DNA of 64,000 nucleotides. Origin: Setoptus koraiensis. Lineage: Eukaryota > Animalia > Arthropoda. Positions 1 to 11,772 of this stretch are shown here, one piece after another. Where the stretch lies: NCBI GenBank assembly GCA_048013815.1, contig CM106586.1:3906001-3970000 (forward strand). The letters are read 5' to 3'. Position 1 is the stretch's first letter. The number at the start of each line of letters is the position of its first letter. The notes beneath the pieces were generated by a model. That model saw only the letters and a program-made list of their open reading frames with translations. It was not told where the DNA came from and did no database searches. A program made the position numbers and the translations under genes.

Positions 1-2321
1 TACATTCCGCCGATATTTTTTCCTCCAATGTGTTATTTCCAAAACTTATTAGCTGCCAAGAAATCACACAATTGGCGCAAACATACCAGCGGACATACAA
101 AACAGCCAGCTGGATGCCATAGGAATTGTTTTATATCATGGGAACAGCAGCAACAGTATTAACGGCAACCCTAGTTTCACTTTAGCTGACATATAGGAAT
201 GGAAAATTTCAATTCAACGTGAGCGATTAATCGGCGAAAGGATTGGCACTTGTCAATTGATTGTAGGCCCGAATAACCTTGACTATCTCATGAGTGGCAT
301 TTAATTGAAATCAAAAGCCCAATTCCATGGTCACAAATACCTCGGCTGCAACAGATTGGCCACGGTTGGGTGCATCGTCGCAAAATCATCACCATGAACT
401 GTTCACAATGTCATTCAGTTCGGATAAAGAGCAAAATTTATACCTCAAACACGATGAACTTGACTCTTTATGAAATATCCTGCAAGCAAATCGGTTGATA
501 TAATTAATTATCACATATAAGCATGCCTTTTGCAGCCAACAAATGATTCTATTCAAAATGAACTTTTCAATGGAATCATTCTTGCTAATGTTGTGTCTCA
601 TCGCTTGCGAACAAAACATAAATAGGAAACCTGTTGATGGTTTTGTGTTTTGCTGCAACTTTATCCGAGCAATAGCGTCATGTGAGATTGAAACTGTCAC
701 GATTGCCATGTGTCTGTAGTCACACTGCTGAATGTCACCTGAATGTCAGCGCCTCATCCTAGTGACAACTACATCGTGTGTTATGAAAATCGCTTTGATA
801 ATAATTGAAATATATTTTGTCACACATCGGCATTGCTGAGAGGCCCTGAAACAAACAAATTAATAACCACTCTGCCCACCATCTACACGCAACTAAAAGC
901 CATTTTTCTCCAGTATTTCACTGGCAGTTAGTGCCAATTTAGTGACTAATGGCAGGGCATGTCATCGGAACGAGTTGTGGTTCATGACGAAACCACCATG
1001 AAATATTGCTTACCTGGTTCGTTCGTAAACTGGTCTGAATGTACGTTGGCAAGACGTTATTGTTTGTCAAGATTGAGAGATGTTTTGCACGCTTCGTTGC
1101 GCAATTAGCTATTTAAATCAGCCTGACTCAGGCGTACGCATCTTGCCACACTTGGACATTGTTCATTGCAGCGGAAATGACTCAATGCGACTTAAATTAT
1201 TTCTTTTTGGTCGAAATGTTTGCTTCATTTGCAAATTGAACATATGCGAGCAAGGACCAAATATCGTCGGCATCATTCGCATCGTGTCTAAATTACAAAA
1301 GCCGGACTATTGTCATCAGAGCTCTGGTTTACCAATGGCCAAATTGTTTTGTGAATTACATCAACAGATCACCGTCACATCGTTAGTGTCGCGAACCAAT
1401 CGCAATTCAGAAAGGTAACGACAACTATGATCCAGCACATAAGCACACTTGTAATATATCTGTTTATAGTGATCATAATTAATCATCAATGCATGATTAA
1501 AGTGTTTATGTTAAATATCAGAGTGTTACGTAAATTTAATTTTCATCATCATGGCATCAACAGGTTGGCCGAAATGGCACGAACAAGCAAGCTTAGGAAG
1601 CCAAGCTCCCGGTCAAGACTGACAAGAATACGGCGGCCGGGCGGAGGCCATTTCGATGCGACGGCGCTGAAATTGTATTCGGCCACCAAAGTGACATCGT
1701 TAATTGGTAATAGCACTTTTGCTACAAACACTGTAAACTTTTTTGCTGACCTGAGAAGCAAATTGCCTAGAGCGGATGATTTATTTACGCAGCCATTCGT
1801 AAAAACAATTCTGGATTTCAAGCGCCAATACGTCTAATACAAATTGTTTCATACGTATACGTATACAAAAATATGACAATAACAATACCGATAATATCTC
1901 ACTAATATACACAATAACGTGAACGGATAAACGTTTGTTAGCAATCACGATAAGCTATGATAATTGACTAACTCTTAATAATAAATCAAGCAAGCAAATA
2001 AATTGAACAACAACAACAATAACACCAACAACAAATAAAGCAAACATTTGTAGGCGAACAAAAAACACGCACTGCCTCGCTCTGTTATCTAATGTATTGT
2101 TTACTCAACCGAAATCATCTAATTTTACCTGATTTGTGGCAAAAATAGATCCGTTCCATCAACAATATATTTATGTTGATAGTACAAATCTAAAGGATAT
2201 TGACTCACGGCTTAGCTTTGAATAAATAAGAGTGCCAAACCTATCCGACAAACGCTAGCGTTTTACAATAAAATGGGTTATAATAAAAACAAGCCTTCGA
2301 CAGGCCATTCCAATAAGCTAC

Positions 2322-2551
2322 CTGTTTTTGAAAGCTCTCGCATGCTTGCGATAATCTTGTTCTAAATGTACCCTCGATAAATAACTGTGTCGCCTGTTTG
2401 CTTGTTCAATTCTAACCCATTCACTGGTTGATTTCAGCTCGGCGATTAGTGCGCGTTCAATGAACGAAGGATTCGCATGTCGACGTTTCGGAAACTTCGA
2501 AAACACTTCCGGTTTCGAGACAAATTCTCAGCTGACCCATCCGTGGGACGA
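2322..2551 (-). other. Unassigned exon-like segment
   Basis: Strong pyrimidine tract with TTAG acceptor at 2552 and CAG|GTAGCT donor at 2321. One frame is open for 68 codons after an in-frame TGA. No family recognised. Confidence 0.3.
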
Positions 2552-5500
2552 CTAACAGAAAACAAGAATAAGATGGAAGAATAAGAGCGATAAAGAGATT
2601 GCACTAATCGGTGCTGGGGTAGAAAATGATTGAAAGAAACTGATCTGCACACTTTTAGGTATAAAGCTGAGATTTATCTAGGATTTAGAGAGTTTTCAAG
2701 TATGCACAAGCGAATAGAAGCGGATAAGTGGGCCGTGTTGTCGCATGGGGCCAACAGGAGATGTGCGATCGATTGTGCGAAATAAACTGTATTGTATTTT
2801 TGCTGACTCTAGACTGTATAGTATAAATGTTGAGCAATGTGATTCGTTGGCACGTAAATCGGCATTTCGTTGCCATAGTAACAAACAAGAATGTTGATGT
2901 CTATTGTGACTTTTTGTCAAGCTCGAATGAGCGTGATGGGCACAGATTGCGTTGTCGTTTTTGTGGTCGTTTCGTCGTTTTTCGTTGAAGCGGAATAGAC
3001 GCAATAGACATCATCATTGTGCACTCATAAATATGCAATATGAAAATTCATCAATTATTATCGTCATTAGATGATGATTATTGTTTGTTGGTGTTGCAAG
3101 CCGATCATTAGTTGGACAGAAAGAACGCTGATACAAATAGATTGAGCGAGGGCGAGTTGTCCTCAGTTTTGTTGTTAGGTTAGGTTAGTTGTACTAGTCA
3201 TTGAGTTGGTTAATTAGTTGACGGCAGCAGCACTTGGCAGACTTTGCGATTACGACTATGACTAAGTAGTTGGCGCATGAATTTACATGACAGTCAGCTT
3301 GATTGCAATATTTTTGTCTTTCTCAAAGGGTGGAGCTTGTGTCGTTTCGCACGCAATGTTCATCAAATTGTTTATCAGCTTGTTTACCGGTCGCCATATA
3401 TCGGCGCAAGAAAGCAAGCAAACAAACAGAAAAATTGGATAAAATAAGCATCTCTAATCATACAGACACTGACAACTAGATCGCGTGAGTGCAACAATGC
3501 AAATGAAGCGAATGCGCTGAGATCCGACGGGCGCCAAGATAATGGATTGACACACACACACACACTCCGGCACTTGACGAGCCGGCTCACGACATCTGAC
3601 AATTGTTGCATTGCGACAGACGACCGGCCGTGAGTGAACAGGTGAAAGCAGGTGAAGTGAGCACTAGCTAGTCAATAAAGCGACAGCAACAATAAAGAGG
3701 CGCCCAACTGTCATCATTTGATCATTTAATGTGAGAGAATGTGCGAAAATGGCGACGGTGCGATATGGAAAGTTTCAAGAGCAACTCGTCACTTGTTGTT
3801 GTTTATTGTTACCTGTTTTTGTTGTTGTGCTGTTGTGGTTGTTGTGCTGTTGTGGTTGTTGCGGCGTGGTCGGTGTTGTGCTGTCGTCGATGTCGTCGAT
3901 GTTGTCGGTATGCGGTTGTTGTGCTGTTGTTGGCGATGCTGATGCTGGAGTTGTTGTGGTTGTGTGTGGTCGTGACATTAGTCGCTGTTGAGCTGTTGCG
4001 CGAATCGTCATCTCAAACAACAACTGGCAGCCAGTGTGTGAGTGGTTGTAATGGCCAAGATCGTTCGCTAGCACCGGCGTATTATGTAACACCGGCAGTT
4101 GTGTTTGTGTCTGACACAACACAACTGCCGGCACTTGCCATGCCACAGACAGACTCACATTGGATATATCTTGTTGGATGGATATGGCTGATAGATGGCA
4201 AACAGCGCCAGCGAGTGTTTGCCGTCTATCAATAACATCCACAGGTGAATTTATTGGCCCATCCACACATTATATAGTCTATAGATTGTACAATGAGAGA
4301 TTCTATTAAATTAAATATATATTATTTGCAGCAATGAATACGTGACTCGAGTTGCACTGGGCCAACTGTGCGCTCTTGTAAGTCTGCCAAGTGCGAATAG
4401 AGTGCGCCTCTGGCGAGTGAATACACTGTACATTTAATGGCAACATTACGTAATAATAATATAATATTATTATAATATACAGAATAATATATAGAAACAT
4501 GCACTCGAATGCTGAAACGATGATATAAAACGATTAGTTGGTTAGTAGTGATAGCAATAATTACATACAGGCAGAGCACTATGTGTTAATTGCTGCACGA
4601 TTGTAAATACAAGCAGCAACAGCAACAACAACGACGCTCGTCAATAAAACAACTACTACCTGTTGTCGGTGTACCTGTTCACTCGCAACAAGTGCATCCT
4701 CTGCTCCTTTCACACGAAAATTGAAAGGAAAGTTTCAATTGAAAAATTCAACTCTCTCTCTCTCAACGGGATAACAGACCCACTTTGGATTATGTGGCGT
4801 GCACAAGCTCTTTCGGTCGGATAAAAACAATAATAATACCACCACGTTTTATATACGCGCTGTATATTCGCGAGCCAAACACAACAAACTGATACCAGCT
4901 AACACCAGCCGGCCGAGCAAGATTGTTTATTAGTGTCATTATTATTTCTATTAGCGATACTGTTATTAGTTATTCCGACACAAACACAAACAGCGACACA
5001 TTGTGTGCATGTGTCGCCTTTGATTACATCATCAGGTAACTTTTATGATCGCTAATGCGAGCGATGATCGCATTGTGTGGCCGCACTTAAACGCACAGTG
5101 ATTTAATCAATTGTCTAATTGGCTTGCGAGCATAACATTATTTTGTGTCTCTCTAATTCAGTCTAGTAATCGCATCAAACAGAACAGCGACAGGCAACTC
5201 GCAACTCATAACTCACAACTCGCAACTCGAAACGTCACCTGTGAAACGGTGAGCCAAATTGAGGCCGACGCACTGACGTGATTTAGCTGGATTATTATAA
5301 TTATTGTGGCACGAGAGTGACGACAAACAGTGTGTGTGTGGCGATAATCGCTGGTAGTCGCAACAGCTCATAATCGCTCGTTAATGCCCGCTGCGGCTCC
5401 TCGCCCGACATCTCTCTGCATCAGCGACAAGTTATAACAGCAGCGATAATATTAATTTGCAAACCCCTTCGCCTGTTGCCGCAAAAAGCGTTTGTCAGCG

Positions 5501-6245
5501 TGATCAGTGAGCCGGTTAGCCGATTGAGTGTTGGTGGCAAGCAGCGACAACAGAGAATGTGCATCTAGCAACGAGCACGACGCCACTGCCTGCGAAATGA
5601 CTGCGCGACTGCCAGCCAATCACAACAGCGACACCAACAGCAACAACAACACCGACAGCAACAACGACACCGACAGCAACAACGACATCGACAGCAACAA
5701 CGACAATCCAATCAGCGGCTCATTTGTTTGCGGCAACGAGCAACAGGTGAGTGATAGCGCTCGACAAGGACAAGCGCCGTTTTGCATACAGCAGCAGCAG
5801 CAGCACTTGCACTCGAAAGCTGACAGCAATGGATGAAATTGAGCAGCCTTTTATCAGACGCGTACACGCCATTCGGCGTAACGAAGAGTGATGGTCGAAG
5901 ACATCGACAAATACGCCAAGCCACACAGCAAACAGGCAACACGCAACGCCAGCGATTTCCATTGACATTGCGAGCAGCGACAACAAGCGAGCCACAACAA
6001 GCGAGCCACAAACGACAACAACAGCAGCCAGCGAGCTCACTCGGCCGGGCAAACAGCGAGCGACAAACAGTGTCAACATTTGAGGTGACAGGTGACAAGT
6101 TGAATTGCTGGCGAGCGAATTCGGCGAGCGAATTTGGCGAGCGAGCGAACAATTAATTCACAGTCGAGTTCAAGGTGATCGATCTGTCGGTGGCGGCGGC
6201 AGCATTTAAACAGTGGCAACAGCAGCACACACGCAACAGTGTATC

Positions 6246-8859
6246 ATGGCAAACACAAACACAAACAACAATAGCGACAGCAACACTGTCAAGATCGTGG
6301 AAAGAGCGAAAACTTTTGTAGAGCAACAGCAGCAACAGCAGCAACAACAGCAACAGCAGCAACAACAGCAACAACAGCAACAACAGCAGCACAGTGGCAA
6401 CGAGCGCATAAGTGGCGGTTTCGAAAAGGTAACAACAAGCAACAAAACTGCAATTGATTGCGTTATTATGAATAGTGAGTTAATTAGCGACAATCAGCGT
6501 GACCCAAACAACCGATCGGCCAGTCGAGCGCCAGCAAACGCGGGGTCAAACGGTGTCGCGCTTGTGACAGACGCTTGCCCGAATGCGCATACACTAAATG
6601 ATAATCATACACACGACGACAGCGATACAGCAGCAGCAAAGTCGTTGTCCAGTTACAACAACGAACGTTCTCGGCAAACTTTACGCCAGTCGGCCCATCA
6701 GTCAAATATCCGCGACGGCGAGCGTGCCGACGACGGGCAATCGCGCAACAAGTGCAACAATCTACACACACAAAAACTGTCCGATTTCGCTGACACTTCA
6801 TTCATTAATGCCGGCCGAAGCCGGCGTCACCACAGCGGCGCCACTGGAAGCGCCAATCCGCTAGAGGCGAACCCGCTAGAGGCGAACCCGCTCGAGGCGA
6901 ACCCGCTAGAGGAGAATCCGCTCGAGGAGAATCCGCTCGAGGAGAAACGAGCGGGCCGGTGTCAGCTCGCCCGTCGGGCCAATATTGACACGAGTGACGC
7001 GATTGTTGACGCAAACAGCAGTCAAGCGACACAGCAACAGTCGGCGAGTGCCAGCGACAGCACGCCAGAAATACCCGACGCATTAGAAAAACCCGACGCG
7101 CAAGAAACACCCGACGCGCCAGAAATACCCGACGCATTAGAAAAACCCGACGCATTAGAAGGATCCGACGCGCCGGAAACGCCGGCCACCAACACGGGCC
7201 AGCGTGAGCCGCTCGAGGAGCAGTCGACGACACGACCGGCGAGGCCAACAAACATGACAGACACGCACAACAGCAACACTTCCGGCGACCGCGACAAGTG
7301 CTGCTGTTGCTGCTGCCTGTCGCGAACCATAAACAACAACAACAACAAAAATGACCACTGTCCACTTGGGGGCCGCCAGAGCAGACAATCGTCCACGGTG
7401 TCGCTGGCCTGCAGCTCGGATTGCAGCTCCTCGAATTGCAGTTTGTCGTCGTGTCGCGACAACGACACGCCGGCGATCAACAATTCACTCAACAGTGACA
7501 ACAGTTGCGCCAGCGACAGCTCAAGCGGCGCCAGCAGCTACACAATACAACGTTACAGTGATAAGTTATCAACAAATAATCGCAAACAACAACATTATGC
7601 CCGATCTGTCAACGGTCATCATCAGTCAGTGTCAGCTGGCATTGACAAGCTCGGCAAGCAGCTGACCGGCGGCAGCTGTCAGTTTTGCGCCAGTAGGGGC
7701 GCCGCTGTTTCTAGAAGCATCACCAAACACAACGACAGCAGCGACATTGAATCAGCACAAACAACAACCTGTAGATATAATAATTTATTAGGTGGCGCCA
7801 TGGGCGCCGCCAAATCAATGGTGATCGCCAGCGATGCCGCCCACGCACATTGCTGCCATAATGAATGCAGCAGCAGCAACAAGCGCGACAAATCATCGTC
7901 GATATTGTCGAGCTACTTGCACAATTATCATCAGCATTATAATTCGTCGTGTGGCTTGTTGGGTCACGACGAGTCGTACTCGTCGAGTCAAGCCTCGTAT
8001 TTGGGCTCATTAAGTCCGCTGCTGATGGGTGGCGTGGCGGGCAAGTCGGCGCTGCCGTCGGCGCCCACCTCAAACATGATTATGCTGATGAACGTGAGAC
8101 AATTGCTGCAAAACACGTCGGCGAGCTCGCGAACGTTGCCCCCGAATTGTCGCGCGTCGTCCGAAGTCATCGACTTTGAAAAATCGGCCTGCAACAGCGA
8201 GCGGCCGGCCGAACAGCAGCGCCACAAGGGCAACAAGTGGCACAAGTTGGCTCTAAAAGAGAGAAAATTTCTCTGGCAAGCCGGCTGGAAGCGATGGCCG
8301 AAAGCCAACAGCAGCACCAGCGACGACGAGATGACCAGAGCGGCCGGAATTGAAAACAGCGATGCCCGTGCCACGACGGGCATCGATGGCGGCAATCGAG
8401 AAAATTGCGACAATCTAAAAAATGGTGAGCGTCGCGAAAGTCGAGAAAGTCGAGCAAATCGAGCAAATCGAGAAAGCGGAGAAAATGGCGAAAATTTTAA
8501 ACACGACGAAGTGAGCGACGACGCCGCTTTGCGACAAAACCACAGCCAATTAGTGATCTCATTAGACGACGATGACAGCATCACAAACAATTCTAGTCAA
8601 ATACGAGATAGGACGAACGCGATGAGTTGCGAGCTGCCAATCGGCCAATCTGCACTATCCTGTTTGATCCTGTCTGGCGACAAACAACAGATAAACCGAG
8701 CCGAAGATAACAATCGGCCGGCCACAAGATGTGGGCATTTTCTCTTCGGCGCCGCCGGCTGTGTCGATGGAGTCGATAAGGCGCTCGACCGGGCAGCACA
8801 ATCTAAAGCAAACACCGCATCATCGGCGCACCATCACGGCAGCCTGGCCGAAATCAATG
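6246..8859 (+). CDS. Long low-complexity coding exon (poly-Q/N/S/C); probable first coding exon of the TMEM268-like gene
   Basis: Open frame of more than 2.6 kb (track ORF 6213..8957). First in-frame ATG at 6246. Strong donor AATG|GTAAGT at 8859/8860 (phase 1) matches a phase-1 CAG acceptor at 9605/9606. Linkage to the TMEM268 core is inferred from phase only. Confidence 0.65.
6855..6944 (+). repeat. Coding 15-nt tandem repeat x6 (NPLEA/NPLEE)
   Basis: AA(T/C)CCGCT(A/C)GAGG(C/A)G units read directly. Confidence 0.9.
7065..7172 (+). repeat. Coding 18-nt tandem repeat x6 (xExPDA) with a higher-order 54-nt duplication
   Basis: Units PEIPDA, LEKPDA, QETPDA, PEIPDA, LEKPDA, LEGSDA. Confidence 0.88.
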
Positions 8860-9605
8860 GTAAGTCATCATCAGTGTCGATAATAATAATGACGATGTAT
8901 TATTATTTATTAGTGAGACAGCCACAGAAAGACAAACAACAAGACGGCGGAAGTTAGTTAGCTGGCCGATTGTGGCTCGATAGTCGCGCTCGCTAGATCA
9001 GATATCGCCACTCACACTTGCTAATTGAATGCTGCTAATTAAATTGTTGTTTTTGCAGCACATAGCATATGTTATTATTGTCGCTGCTCAAGTCGACATC
9101 GCTAATTATTATTTTAGTCAGTATAAATATGCCACGTAACACCCGACGCCAATCAACGCTGGATCATGCGCGCTCCCAAATTCATCTTGACGATGCTTTT
9201 ACGCTGATCTGTGTGCATCTGTCGCCCCTTTGGCTGTTACATATTAAATTACAACTGGCAATATCTTGACGGAAATTCACCCAAAAATATCGCCCAAAAT
9301 ATCGCCGAATTATAGCCGAAAATTTCACCGAAAATTTCACTTCATTGTTGCGCTGTTGAGCCGCCCGTCGAGCCGACACAAACTTGAAGGGTCTCGCCTG
9401 ATTTGTCCGTTCAATGTTCAAGTGTTGAGTCCAATATTCGAGCATTGCAGCCGATATTCGAGCGTTGAATCCAAATTCGAGCGTTGAATCGAGTATTTCA
9501 ACTTGCATCCAAAGTTGTCATACTGCCGAGACGCCAGACAGAAATCCACTCAACAAATGTCAACGATTCGTGCCGCTAGGTGCCAATGTTGTTCGACATT
9601 ACCAG

Positions 9606-10039
9606 AGTGCAAATTGTACAGTGAAAACTTGCAACAATATTTCAAACTATACGATTTCGGCCAAACATCCATCTACTACAGCAAGAATAACAGCAACAGC
9701 AGCAACAACAATACTAGTAGCAACCATTTACATAACAGTGATAGCAATAATGACAAATTCACTAATGACAATTCTTCAACTTCGCCCAATCGATTCCCGT
9801 CCCAACGACAACACTTAGGCAACAACAACAACAACGACAACACTTGCGCCCACTTGGTGCCCGTATGCCAAAACTCACAAGCTCTCATTGCCAAACGACC
9901 ACTCATTTCCAGGCCTAAATATCCGAATAACACCATTTTGGCGGAAATAACTGCCGGAAATCAACTAATAACCTGGTTGTGGCCAATCAAATTTCAATCA
10001 CAATCAGTGCCTGAGCCCCTTCTCAATGCGGACCTTAGC
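9606..10039 (+). CDS. TMEM268: TMEM268-like exon (ends ...WLWPIKFQSQSVPEPLLNADLS)
   Basis: The 3' part resembles the TMEM268 pre-TM segment. Donor AGC|GTAGGT at 10039/10040 joins in phase 0 to LTVEEY. The 5' acceptor (CAG|AG at 9605/9606) was chosen on phase and is less certain. Confidence 0.65.
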
Positions 10040-10206
10040 GTAGGTTTCAGTGCTCAAATTACCATTTACTATTGTCGCTCAAGTTTAATGAGCTGACGAC
10101 CTAATGTCAGAATGTGATCTGTTAATTATTTATCAATTAACATGTTAACCCAATATCTGTTATATGTCTGTTATATTATATCCACTTATGACCGCACCGA
10201 AAACAG

Positions 10207-10440
10207 CTCACGGTGGAGGAGTACAGGGACATACTGGGCACACTAACCAACGACTTGCGATTCAATATTCACCTGATATTATATAAGAGGATCTTCTTGT
10301 TATGGTTCATATTTACATTGTTGGGCCTGACGGTGTTGCTTTTAAGCAATCTACAAGCGGTCATATTTTATTCCCTGTTTGTGGCATGGCTTGCAGTGCA
10401 GAGCCTGTCACTGTTGGGATGCCGAATGTTGCGATCCAAG
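10207..10440 (+). CDS. TMEM268: TMEM268-like exon with two TM helices (LTVEEYRDILGTLTNDLRFN...RMLRSK)
   Basis: Acceptor AAACAG|CTC and donor AAG|GTGAGC; 234 nt. LTVEEY...NDLRF and the paired hydrophobic helices are typical of the family as I recall it. Confidence 0.8.
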
Positions 10441-10580
10441 GTGAGCCATCCCTTTATTATTATAATTATGACACAATTTGATACAATTATAATTAACATT
10501 ATAACAAAACAAACAAATAACATTAATTGCAAAACACTAATTTCACCATTTCGAAATGTCCATGCTCGTGCAAACTGCAG

Positions 10581-10727
10581 CTGAATCACATGCTAGAAAA
10601 GTCCATTGCTCAAGTGAACAGCTTCCTATTGGGTCACAATCTAATGTTGGGCTCGCTAGATCGAGGCGGCCTCATAGTGACCAATCCCGTTATACCTATA
10701 ATTTACTTTGACACATCTCAATGCCGA
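10581..10727 (+). CDS. TMEM268: TMEM268-like exon (LNHMLEKSIAQVNSFLLGHNLMLG...IYFDTSQCR)
   Basis: Acceptor CTGCAG|CTG and donor CGA|GTGAGT; 147 nt, phase 0/0; LEKSIAQVN and IYFD motifs. Confidence 0.8.
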
Positions 10728-10893
10728 GTGAGTAAACAATAATTTAAAAATTTTAAAATTTTTAAATTTTTAAATGAATTTACGACAATTGCCAATCTTG
10801 CAATTTAATTGGTTCAATTGATGATGAGCCACACATATTTAACCAGCTATCTGTGTATGTTTGTCGTGTATTTGTCTCGTTTGCATCGTTTAG

Positions 10894-11019
10894 GAACACA
10901 TCGAATCTATTATCGAAAAGGACTGCAAAACGAGTGAGGACGACGAAACAATTTTGAATTACTCCAGTTTCGATTGGTGCTACTCGGCGCCGAGACAATT
11001 GAGTATCATAGAGCGTTCC
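10894..11019 (+). CDS. TMEM268: TMEM268-like exon (EHIESIIEKDCK...SIIERS)
   Basis: Acceptor TTTAG|GAA and donor TCC|GTACGT; 126 nt, open, phase 0/0, bridges the flanking exons. Confidence 0.65.
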
Positions 11020-11175
11020 GTACGTATGACAATACTGGTTGTATAGTGCCTACAATGCATTTCGTTGCTCTAATATCGCTCTAACATCGCTCTAATATCT
11101 CATTATTATCTGTCCATTTATGCATGCATCTTTTTGTCTCTATTCTCTACAAATTCTCTATACTAATTGGCGCAG

Positions 11176-11478
11176 CGCTTGGCCAAAAAGATAATTCTCA
11201 GATACAGCCAAAGATGGATTTTAATGTTTGACAAAAAAAAACTCTCCTTTACTAGTCAAGTGAACGCCAGACACCTTAGCACCGGCAAATGTTTTTGTCA
11301 ATTTATAGAGGATCAGTTCTGTTCGGTTAACAATGGGGGCGCCGGCAAAGCGTTGCATCATTTCAGGCCCACTAACACCAACAATAATAGCAAACAATTA
11401 TCCGGCCAGAGGTCGCCACCTGTTCTGGGTGTCAATATTGACGGCACCACAGTGCCGACATGTGCAAATTGGCAACAA

Positions 11479-11509
<31 letters not shown>

Positions 11510-11635
11510 AACAACGACATGCAAACAAACGCCAAAAATCTCTTTTGCTATTCGAGGCAGCAGCTCAACAAACACAACAAAGGACAAACAACGGCAATAG
11601 TTGCGATATTTTAATTGAAACCGGTGCCAAAACAC

Positions 11636-11672
<37 letters not shown>

Positions 11673-11772
11673 TCTGGCGAGACTGGCTGGCACAAACGCG
11701 TACAAGAAGCAAACCAACGGTTTGCTGTATTGCATCTCCAAGGCTCCGTCGCGCGGCCCCGAGATGGTCTAA
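11176..11772 (+). CDS. TMEM268: TMEM268-like terminal exon (RLAKKIILRYSQRW...CFCQFIE, then poly-Q/poly-T tail)
   Basis: Acceptor GGCGCAG|CGC. The YSQRW and CxCQ(F/Y)IE motifs match the TMEM268 C-terminal region. Stop at 11770-11772. Confidence 0.78.

Noticed and set aside
1080-1837. Plus-strand ORFs 1080..1418 and 1427..1837 that can be spliced in phase (1413 to 1564)
   Set aside because: No recognisable family, and competing minus-strand exon-like signals lie in the same interval. I cannot choose a strand without transcripts.
3175-3189. TTAGGTTAGGTTAGT, resembling the arthropod telomere repeat
   Set aside because: Only about 2.5 units, which is compatible with chance.
3731-4266. Overlapping Cys/Val/Leu-rich and Thr/Gln-rich ORFs
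   Set aside because: They are translations of (TTG/CAA)n microsatellite in several frames on both strands, with no motif or splice support. The same applies to most ORFs under 150 aa in 11.3-16.5, 19-32 and 48-59 kb.
7988-8590. 200-aa minus-strand ORF
   Set aside because: It is the antisense shadow of the long plus-strand exon.
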